This document shows positions 8,801-18,000 of a stretch of 32,000 nt of DNA, piece after piece. The DNA is taken from contig SHMX01000003.1 in assembly GCA_008080745.1 (NCBI GenBank), positions 60,001-92,000 on the forward strand, in the 5' to 3' direction. Position numbers and translations under genes: made by a program. Below the pieces are notes generated by a model, which saw only the letters and a program-made list of their open reading frames with translations, did not search any database and was not told where the DNA came from. This DNA is from Candidatus Thorarchaeota archaeon (GTDB lineage: Archaea > Asgardarchaeota > Thorarchaeia > Thorarchaeales > Thorarchaeaceae). Numbering within the stretch: the stretch's first letter is position 1; the number at the start of each line of letters is the position of its first letter.

Positions 8801-11765
8801 TAGTTTGGTATCTGTACTGATAATAAATACTATCATAGACCTCCTCGACCTCATAGAGATTTCCATCGAGATCGGTCATGTAATACTTGCTATCTCTACT
8901 TGACCACCACCATTGTGATATTTCCATGGTGCTACTAACACCATAACGAATGAACTTGTCTTGATTATATCGCTCTACTTCTACCTTGTCATAAAATTCA
9001 AAGCTTTGTAGGTTCCATTTCTGGTACTCTGAACCACCTTGGTGAACACCTCCATCGATATCAACCCAATAGAAGTATTCTGTGCTTCCGTGAATCCAAT
9101 ACCGATGCTCTTCCATTGTAGTAAGGAAAGTATCACCAGTGTTAGTAGTCACATTATAGATGTATGCTACATCATCATAGGTCACATAGATCTTTTCAGA
9201 GTCATTTTGACGTTCGTAATAGTAGTAATCCCTATCATTTTGTGGATCCCAGTGATCATAGAAGAAGAACTGTTCCCAAGTGTTTCCACTGCTAGGATCG
9301 AAGTTCTCATAGACTTTGATGGGGATTATTTCACCATTGATTTCAACATAAGGAATCTCTTTACCAGTGAGGTAATCTGAGCCCTCATTTGCATTGAGTG
9401 TATTATTGTAGTAAGCTAGTTGTTGTGTAATTGGTGCTACGTATATCTGATCACCATTGTATTCGAAGCTATTTACCCATTCTCGGTCCCAAGATAGTAT
9501 TTCATGATAACCATAGGGTTGGGAATAGTCTTCATGCCAGGTGTTGTTCATAAAGGCAAAGTTCCACCAGTAACTGGTATCAGCGACAGTTTCACTCATA
9601 TTAACCAAGAAAGAAACAACGAGATCGCCACCATCTGTCCAATTATTGAAACTAGATATCTGACAGAAATCAGCGGTTATAGCAGCCTCGGGGCTTCTTG
9701 GAGGTATGTATTCCTCCTGCCATTTTCCTTCAGCTTGATTATAGTACCACCATTGCCAGTGCCAGCCTTCAACCTCAGTCCACTCCCACTCCCAGTACTC
9801 GCCATAAGCCCAGTCCCAGGTATTGGTAGCTTCATTATATTCATAGTGCCAGCCAGTAGCATTCGTGTAAACAAAATCCCAGTAGGTACCATAAGTGTAG
9901 TTGTATTTCTCTGTTCGATTGAACGCTGTAAAGGTAGGATTGCCGAGCATATCAAGAGTTACTTGATATGTGAGTTGAGAATACCAAGATTCTTCCTCAC
10001 TCCAGTAACCATCATATGCATTTAGAGAGAATCTAGCTCCGTCGATAGAAGCAGCTACTTGTGCACCACCCTGAAGTCTACCGCGAACCATGAAGTTCTC
10101 ACCTTTATCAGTATGGAACATCCAGCTATTGGGTTCAGAACCATCTTCAAAGAGAATCTTTGCAATAGTAACAGGGGTTTCGATTGCGATTTCTTTGGCA
10201 TCTTCATATTCATTCCAAGTCATTGGAGAACCATCTCCACCTGCATTGGGCCAGTATTGATAACCATCTGCACCCATGACGAAATCTTCAAAGTAGAATG
10301 TATGTTGATTAGAAACAGGCATATCTTCTGTGAAATGTCCCACAAAATCAACAACAAGTTCTCCGCGTGCAGTGTAAGCGATACACTCTGATTCATTTAG
10401 CTCAAAGAGGTTTGGAAAATCAGTAGGTATTGATTTTAAAACGAGTTCTTCTTCGTCCCAGATACCCTCAACATAGTGGTCATAAGGATAGACCCATGCT
10501 CTATATCCAACCATTGTATCGAAATTCTCAGTTATGGCATTGTAAATTAGATAGAGGTTCATCTTTTTGGATTCATTCCGGAGAACAACATCATAAGAAC
10601 CAGTCTGAGTGGTTTCATTCCAAATCCATTCAAGGGCATAATATTGTACATCCTCGAATGTGGCGATATCAACATACTCTCGTCGTTGGTATTCACCGAA
10701 TACCTCTCGTTGATATGATACTTCAACAGTTTCATCCCAGACATAGGTCTCCAGAGTGTTGTTGTATATCCAACCACCATTGGTAGTGACGGTTTCCCAG
10801 TGTAATCCAGATTCATTTACCCAAGTTTCAATTGAGTAGGGCATATCAAATACCAGGGAAGCATATTCAATTTCACCAGTGATATTGAAACGCATAGTAA
10901 AGTCAGTTTCACGACTAACAGAGTATAAGGTATCTCCATCTTGGTCAAGCTTCTGAAGTGTGAAGGAACCACCATAAGAGAAGCTCCATGCATCCTCCCA
11001 AGCTATACCAACCGCAATTCCTTGAAACTCGTAACCACTTCCGTAGTTATAGGATCCAATTGAGTTCCAGTTCTTATCCAATACCGTCATGTCTAGTTGG
11101 AAAAGTCCAATTGGAGCACGATTATTGAACTGTACTCTGAATTCTACATAGTATGTATTCGCATCAGAATGATTTGAACAGCTATCGATATCCAAATCCA
11201 TGAAAGGATCAGTTGGATAGGGGTCAGCTAAGCTCATATTTCTAAGATTGGTATAGATCCACCAGGGTTCCCATGTGTACTCCATATCCTCATAAGATAT
11301 GGTAAAGTCAGCACTGAAATTCTCCCAGTCATCTGTCATATACCAACCATGTAGTTCTACACGGCCAAGTTCTCCATTATCGAATACATTCTTTGGAATT
11401 ATCGTTTTGATAGTAATCCATTCATTGATATCTACATACTCATCTTGTTGCATCAGATATCCTGTGGAATTGTATATCTCGAATCGTGGAGATGGACCGA
11501 ATAACCAATTTTTGTTATCCCAAGACCATTCATCGCTTGTCGTGTTTGCATCCTGATGCCATGAAACATATGTACCATTCTCTTCATGGGGCATATATGG
11601 GTCATAAGCAGTGTGGGGTTGAATTGAAGTTACATCTGTTGTATAATCATAAGTAGTAACAGGTACCGCAGAATTCGACCCTACTGCAATCATGGAAACA
11701 AGGAACAACGCAACAGATACAAGTGATAGAATTGTCTTTTGTCTATATCGTCGCATCTTCATCAT
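5859..11765 (-). CDS. Giant secreted, C-terminally membrane-anchored surface glycoprotein (paralog B, 1968 aa)
   Basis: Basic N-terminus plus hydrophobic signal peptide; Trp/Tyr/Asp-rich beta-type sequence; about 40 N-x-S/T sequons by hand count; one Ig-like unit, Thr-rich linker, TM helix and RRKK tail. GGAG RBS upstream. Confidence 0.92.
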   Translation of the reverse strand: MMKMRRYRQKTILSLVSVALFLVSMIAVGSNSAVPVTTYDYTTDVTSIQPHTAYDPYMPHEENGTYVSWHQDANTTSDEWSWDNKNWLFGPSPRFEIYNSTGYLMQQDEYVDINEWITIKTIIPKNVFDNGELGRVELHGWYMTDDWENFSADFTISYEDMEYTWEPWWIYTNLRNMSLADPYPTDPFMDLDIDSCSNHSDANTYYVEFRVQFNNRAPIGLFQLDMTVLDKNWNSIGSYNYGSGYEFQGIAVGIAWEDAWSFSYGGSFTLQKLDQDGDTLYSVSRETDFTMRFNITGEIEYASLVFDMPYSIETWVNESGLHWETVTTNGGWIYNNTLETYVWDETVEVSYQREVFGEYQRREYVDIATFEDVQYYALEWIWNETTQTGSYDVVLRNESKKMNLYLIYNAITENFDTMVGYRAWVYPYDHYVEGIWDEEELVLKSIPTDFPNLFELNESECIAYTARGELVVDFVGHFTEDMPVSNQHTFYFEDFVMGADGYQYWPNAGGDGSPMTWNEYEDAKEIAIETPVTIAKILFEDGSEPNSWMFHTDKGENFMVRGRLQGGAQVAASIDGARFSLNAYDGYWSEEESWYSQLTYQVTLDMLGNPTFTAFNRTEKYNYTYGTYWDFVYTNATGWHYEYNEATNTWDWAYGEYWEWEWTEVEGWHWQWWYYNQAEGKWQEEYIPPRSPEAAITADFCQISSFNNWTDGGDLVVSFLVNMSETVADTSYWWNFAFMNNTWHEDYSQPYGYHEILSWDREWVNSFEYNGDQIYVAPITQQLAYYNNTLNANEGSDYLTGKEIPYVEINGEIIPIKVYENFDPSSGNTWEQFFFYDHWDPQNDRDYYYYERQNDSEKIYVTYDDVAYIYNVTTNTGDTFLTTMEEHRYWIHGSTEYFYWVDIDGGVHQGGSEYQKWNLQSFEFYDKVEVERYNQDKFIRYGVSSTMEISQWWWSSRDSKYYMTDLDGNLYEVEEVYDSIYYQYRYQTTIDGVLTYISYPLHYYSMDYDGFERTFVLESWRVHRSWFTEIDAVQYEMPYDGANAEWHSHMEYVDTDGGKVPTLKFAKYLGTYYPVYNMTEFDAWIDVGGTAYNLDEYPNMHYTSANGTDIWNPYMVGRSGDIGTFNDNLGFTVMESIQYEPIWPDSNWPKEYNDTYRYLDLVSNNTDWLVQETYVFRINEYDLNGTTFYSQMTYPESNFIDNVTYYYYKALNGTWVNLTDWIQLPRVATYMAYTYYNDTLADWVFDFNGETYEHLWYGYSFWSFRLVNATASGDIFLNMERGTRPMFNFTYDGTEVTAAASLESIKRVRQRWGHPMVYGLEPIDSTVNKNFNELVIGVPRWGMWGVQSWTTNPDNGALDLDGNLDTTTDQYFVKEEYSSTDSWTHTWDRMSVHIDWDPNATLYGDNMDIHSWMGLDTFTWTYEWNQTFYWYDANTFSPLSESEMADVTATLLTEEGDPQPGYWDLSWMAKNVTWTDIVAEAEANGWDWITSNEQSWTWLSFGVGQDYGTSYIEDDIEHWLGINMHYEYSGLMIWEDENKNDQMDVDLTDPGSGELSHYLIPDSVNSVEFVTPGVAYGNTNESDYMRLNLTDEVTWGVTFNEVNGTVFPYTLRGYWGWYDGIQEGSDLRTFDERPTKISIDELSFLVHFQGHINETAGAINNYADIKVDNYVGNWDVDRSGGRDNLVNRSLALNYFADVTMSDYYTVNANGTEATSDMTVSSATFDFATSGAKFAEMIMGGVAYDWGKNTSQRYDVLSYTTPMNTFQTAFQSQNGQSATGWSFSSNMFYVTIGFPEWDGYSVYQDPVFVGYTSANGGSQGGPITGVEFSTFSVSPSIPTSTDNVEIGVDIFTDVENYDVYLLYGINTDESTWTMVDMNNEYGSHWTGIIEAFPDGTQVFFKVLVVADGQNYPSQVGSYIVGQGVVTVTTTSPTGPENPGGELPMDLLILLGGAGVVVILVVILASRRKK

Positions 11766-11898
11766 TTCTCCTAGTGCGCCTACCTATCATCCTCACTCCT
11801 GAGTTATCTGTGAGTAATCATCCTTGGAGTAAGGAATCCTCAAGGCAAGTGGCGCGCCTTACAGAGTCTAAGCATACTCCGAAATATCAAAATATAAA
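11766..11898 (-). promoter_or_regulatory. Putative promoter and structured 5' leader of paralog B
   Basis: TTTATA at 11898-11893. The roughly 100-nt leader folds by hand into three stems ending 3 nt before the AGGAGA RBS. Confidence 0.4.
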
Positions 11899-11960
11899 CT
11901 CATACACGATATACCCAATCTCAAAATAGTCTAGTAGTGTTCTATTTTTCGAGAATCAAG

Positions 11961-11997
11961 AAAAAAGAGAGAAAGAAGCAGACTTGCTGTCTGCTTC
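11961..11997 (-). terminator. Intrinsic-terminator-like hairpin after the 2265-aa gene
   Basis: Perfect 9-bp stem GAAGCAGAC-AGCAA-GTCTGCTTC then TTTCTCTCTTTTTT, 8 nt after the TAG. Confidence 0.7.
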
Positions 11998-12005
11998 CGT
12001 ATAAT

Positions 12006-15000
12006 CTATCCGCGTCGCTTGATCAGAACTACAATCAGGAGTATTACAACCACTCCAGCAACTCCAGCAGCAACCATCATGAGTGTTCCCACATCAATGG
12101 GTGTGCTGGGACCAGGTCCGGTCGTTGTTGTGGTAGTATCAGTTGGTTCTTCCTGAACAGTGTAGCTATGAGTGTTACAGACGTTCTCATTGCCTAGGGT
12201 GTCATATGCAACAATGCGATATGTCACAGTAGTGCCCACAGCCTGAGCGGGAATGTCACCAGAGTAGACATCTCCACTTCCAGTCATAGTGACATTGATC
12301 CAATCACCACTTCCAATACGATACTGTAGAATGACATCATCAACACCTGTACTGTCCAATATAGTAGCTGAAACAGTTACCACATCGTCAGGTCGTGGAG
12401 TTGAAGGTTCAATGCTGACATCTAATACGGATGGCCCACTGACATCAGGACCAGAGGCGTAGAAGTGGAAGGTATCGGAATCAGACTCTACTCCATTTCC
12501 AGCACCGTCAATCGCTAGGACGTGGAAGGAAACATAGGAGTCTTCTGGTTGATTAGGAATCGTTCCTTCGTAGGTATCTCCGCTAGTTACAGTCATGGTG
12601 ACATTATGTTCAACAGATTGACTATCCGAATAGGTGAGTATGACCTCTGAGAGACCAGAACCACCAGTATCGGTGACATCTGCGCTGACGATAGCAATCT
12701 CCTTACCTTCAGAATCTGTGCCATTTCTAACACTCTGATTCGTGATTTGGGGATCGATATTATCAGGGAAGGTATAGCTCTGCTGACTTGATACACCCTC
12801 GTTGTCTGCTCCATCAATAGCAACAACTACGTAATTGTAGTCATATTGACCAGCTTGAGACCGAGAGATATCTGCCTCCCATCTGTTACTCGCTGTGTTG
12901 AATGTAGCACTGACATTAGCGTTTGTATCAGTATTCATGACAAGAACATCTGAAACTCCAGAACCAACATCTGAAACCTCGATATCGAGATGCAGATTGT
13001 TAACAGTACCACTTTCAGTGATACTATCCACTGTCGGACTCGTTGCATCGGATGTACCCGAGGATGAGTATCCTACAAAGACGGGATCAACTGTCACCTT
13101 GTATCCATCCCACCACTTGAAGTTAATCAAGGTGTAGAATTGGTTTGAAGACACACTGAAAGTAGTAGCAGTTCCACCAACATCGGACATGTATGTAGCC
13201 TCAAAGGCACTCAGGGGTACCGTCTGAGAATCGACAGTTGCATTGAATGATGCGTTCTTCGCCCATGTATAGGGTGAACCTCCAAGATTCATTGCCGCGA
13301 TTGGTACGCTACCAAACAACTTGGCAGTGAAGTTGGAAGAAGCACTGGTTCCAGTGTTCTCTAACTGTGAATCAAAGTCATCGTGGTATGTTGCATTGTA
13401 AGGTGTATCACCCAATACGATTGACACATCACTGTAAAATGCCAAACCAAGACTGTATCCATCTAGAACGCTTCGCCCACCAGGAGCATCAACATCCCAG
13501 TTACCAACAGTCATGTCGTATTTTATCTCAGCATTGTTAGTAGATTGACCGGTTATTTCACCGCTGAAGTTTACGGTAATGCCTATCTGATCAACCGAGG
13601 CCCCACTTGGACGACTATCAAACGAATTCAAGTCAGTTCCATAGTATTGGCCTTGATACCAGTCCCAATAGGAGTATTCACCAAATGGGAACACAATCCC
13701 TGAAACATTGTTGAAGGTAACACCAAACGTGATGGTCTCATCAACCGCTCTGTAAGCTTCCCCAGTGTCGCTTGAGTTACCCCAAGCCTCACCTGGTCGC
13801 ACGAAGCTGACCGATTCAACATCGACAGGCATCCAATAGTGAGTGATTTCAGAGTCATCCATACTCGCTGTGTTTAGCTCCATAATAGTGCTGTCATCAG
13901 TATCGTTCCAAGCAAACATTCCTGCGTACTCGTACCATATGCTGACATCAGCATATACCGTATCAGAACCGTTCACATATTCAGTCTGGTAATCTTCCGA
14001 TATCTCCCACCAAAGCCAGCTCCACTCCCGACTATCTTCGACAGCCCAAGCCCAGCCCTCCTCAATTGCCTGTTGTTTCAGGTCGGCAGAGGTGAAGTTC
14101 TCAGCCATCCAAGCAACACCCCAATAGCCAGCATTGGGATGTCCCTCAGAATTGAAGACGGTTGTGTTGATGAGATCAAAACGTGAGGAGTTAACAACCT
14201 CGCCAGTTTCGACCTCGTACCAGGTGAAGTTATCCCACCAGTATCCAGTCCAATTGACCGTGTACATTCCCGTATATGAGGACATATAGACCTCGTCCCC
14301 AATCAATGTAGAGTTGGGATCCCAGGTAATATCCACCTTAAGGTACTCCTGTGTGATATTATAGGTCTCAGTGCTATTCCAGGTATTTCTTACAAAGAAC
14401 TGGTCATCAGTGGTGTCTAAATTACCATCTAGGTCAATAGCTCCATTATTTGGATTGGTAGTCCAAGTATCTACACCCCACATGCCAAACTCCGGACTTC
14501 CGGTCACAAAGGACCATTGTTCGCGAACTATGGATATTGGTAGAGGAACATAGTCGAGCTTCTTAGAATGACCCCAGACTTTGTAAGCCTTATAGATCAT
14601 ATCTCTAGATCCTTTGATGACATATTCCTGAGCATTGTGGCTGAAATTGAAACTGGGTAGGTTGTAGTTTCGACCACCTTCAGAGAGACTTACTATCTCA
14701 AAAGTATCAGTCGAATTAACCAGAGCAACATAGTCTTCAATCTCAAGATTCCAGTAGTCAGAATTTGACGTCCAATTTTGGATATCAATATTCCAATAAT
14801 CAACTGTGTAGTTGGTATAGTTATACCAATAACTATTGAACAGAAACTGACCGATATTCGTGGCATTATCGTAGTCGTCTGGCTCCATCACTTCGATTGT
14901 GAATTTTTGCCAGTCATACCATTTGTGCATAGTTCCATTCAGATCATATACATACCAGAACTCAGGTTCGTAGTAGTACCTGTCCGCTTCAATATCATAC

Positions 15001-18000
15001 TTCTCAACAGCTTTGTCAGCAACATATGGATCTCCTGTGTAAATAGAGGTTCCATTCTCAAGGGTGATGTTATAGAAGTAACCACGCTGTAAAGTAGTAT
15101 AATTCAGGTAAGTACCATCTATAGTTTCAACATATTGGTATGCTGGAGCGGCAGTATTATTCCAGTTGTAGATAGCAGCATCATTCTGATTATTCAGGTA
15201 TCCTGAAACCAAATCAAGCCAACCCTGTACCTCGAACTCTCGGGTCTGAGGATTGGTGGTGCCATAAGCTACAGTCCAGTCGTGATGACGAATATCAGGT
15301 ATGAACATACCATCGCGATTGGTAGTCACCCATGGATATTCACTCTCTATTGGATCCCACCGATAATTCTCATTGGTTCCATACCAAGTAAGGTTGTAGT
15401 CAGTCGCTCCAACAGTAGCAATGAAGCCAGAATACTCGTAGCCATATAAAGCGTCAGTATACTTGACTTCTTCCTTGATTGCTTCAACCCATTGCTCTTC
15501 AATGTAGACCCGAGTGTCTGCAGGAGTCTTGTATTTAAGATCCCAGAAGTCCCAAACTTCGGCACCAGGATAGGGTAGCTGTTGGTGATTAGATCCTATT
15601 TCTGTATAAGCATAGAAATCAACAGCATCCTTTGGTAGAGTTATATCATATCCATTCCATGAACCCTGGTACATACGATGCGGCCAAGGACCTCGGAACA
15701 ACCAATTAAGATCTGAGCCATTGTAATAATAATACTCCCAATTATCGGTAAGTGGACAATACATGTCATAAACTTTCAATTCTTCCCAGGTCTGATTCAC
15801 GTAAAGCACATAATGATCAAATTGCCAGAATGGTTCTGTTGCAACGTTTATTGGAATAGTACCATTTGCATATACAACAAGATTGCCTTCCTGTACTGGA
15901 GTAGTATCATTCATGTTCACTATTGTCGCAGTGGCCCAGGTACTCCAATCAGCAAAAATTTTCGTGCCGTTTAGAGCATAGATATACTCTTGCTCACTGA
16001 GTTTCCAATCTGCATAAAACCTCCAATCAGAGGCATTCATAGATGAGAGGAACCAAGTGCCATCAGAGAAGGTGGTATTGAAGATTCTACTCTGATAACC
16101 GGATTCAATGTATATCTTTGTACCGTTCAATAAACGGTAATAGTATATCCAATTACCAGTGTAAGAACCCGTTGACGGGTCATATCCATCATCATCCCAT
16201 TCTTCATAAATGACTGTGTCCCAAGTATAACCGCTCTGATCAGTCTGAGTCAGCGTTCGAACATAGTGTTTTTGCCCATCTATATGAATCCAATGATCCT
16301 TTCGAACCTCATAGAGTTCATCAGTTACATTGTTCCGCATCACAGGTTCTTGATTGGGCGTATCTACAAAGTATCGATCAGTACCGTTCTCATAGCTATA
16401 AACGGAATCTGTGACCCATCCAACAAGAGTATGTTCACCCCACTCCGACTCGTAATCAGTGACCAGACTAAGGTTACCGTAGAAGTAGTCCCATTCCCAT
16501 TCCATATCAGGCATATCAGACTGAACTTCGATATCAAAGATGATACGAAGATCATTTCCAATAGTTGTGTAGGTAAGATTCTCAGCTATTAGAAAGGTTC
16601 CGGGCATCACAGTCGCATTTGACTTACGTGGTACCCACTTGGTTGTCCAATCGTTTGCAGTAAAGTTCCAAATCTTATGTTCCCAATGCCAGCCAGTTAT
16701 TTCAACTAGCTGCCATTCCCAAACGCCAGGTACAATCTCAATTTCTTGCCAATCCCAATAGCTACTATACTCATAGCTTGTACGTTCTGTGAAGTTGTAT
16801 GCTTTAACTTGGAAGTTGCCTTCAGGTGAACCTTTTACATAGATCTCAACCTCAGAGTATTGAGACCAATCAGAGGTTCCATTACTACCCCATTTATGAT
16901 CCCATGCCCGAAGAACGAAGGCTACACCATCAATATCAGAGGCATATTCTGCTCCTCCCTGCAATCGAGATTTGACCTCAAAAGCATCACCATGGTCCAC
17001 CGCAAACATCCAAGAGGGGTCATAAGGTTGACCATCATGTGTCAATCTGACAACAGCAATAGGGCTCTCAACAGATAACTGCCTAAGGGCTTGATATGAA
17101 GACTCATCCGTAGATGAAGCTGTTGGTAAGTAAACAAATGGTGCTAATCTTTTGCCATCGGTACTTAGTACTTTTTCTTCCACCCAGAGTGGATTTGAAT
17201 TATCTCCAGTGGGCAGGATTTCTTCGCTGATATGACCTCGGAATGTAACATAGTCATATCCACCAAGTGTATAGTTTTCGCTTGTTGTTGTGTTTAGTAT
17301 GTAAGGTTTAGGAGCCTCACTGTTTGTTGGCCATGGTTCGTAGATTGTTTCTTGATACCATTGGGGACTGTATCCACTAGGATCATTTGGATCGACAACT
17401 AGAGTTTCATTATCGATTGTGTACGAATACTTGGAACTCCATGTTCCATCACTGAAGTTGAAAATCAAAGCTTGGCGAGCCCAAGCGAAAGATGTCCATT
17501 CATGTTGTATGAACCAATCTGAGCCACTCCACTCATAGTGAACCTGTCGGTATTCCTTACCTGGATCTATCCACTTGGTACGAGTTTCCCAGTGAAACCC
17601 ATTTTTGTATACTGTTGTAGTAACAGAAACGGTATCATTCCAATAATAGGTATCAGTTGTGGAATTGTATTCCCATCCACCAGTAACTTCCTGAGTCTCA
17701 GTATAGGGCCCATAGACCCACTCTTCATCCTCTACAGATTGCGGAAGCTCAATATATACGATAACTGCACCAGGATTATCACTCTTGATTTTGGCAGTCA
17801 TGTTGAAATCTACTCCACGTGTAGCTGAATAGACAGGATTGCCATCATCATCGTAACGATCCCAATAATAGTAACCACCAGCACCTTGCTGAATGACTTC
17901 ATCGAAGGACATACCAACAGCTCTGGCGCTTAGTTCATCGTGCTCACTCTCTGCAAGTGTGCCAAGGTTTTCATCCAAAGCCACTGCTGAAATCTGATAC

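Noticed and set aside
11897-11923. 8-mers AACTCATA and CAATCTCA shared with the paralog A upstream region (18899-18915)
   Set aside because: Order and position relative to the TATA-like box differ; 8-mer matches between AT-rich 200-nt spacers are plausible by chance.
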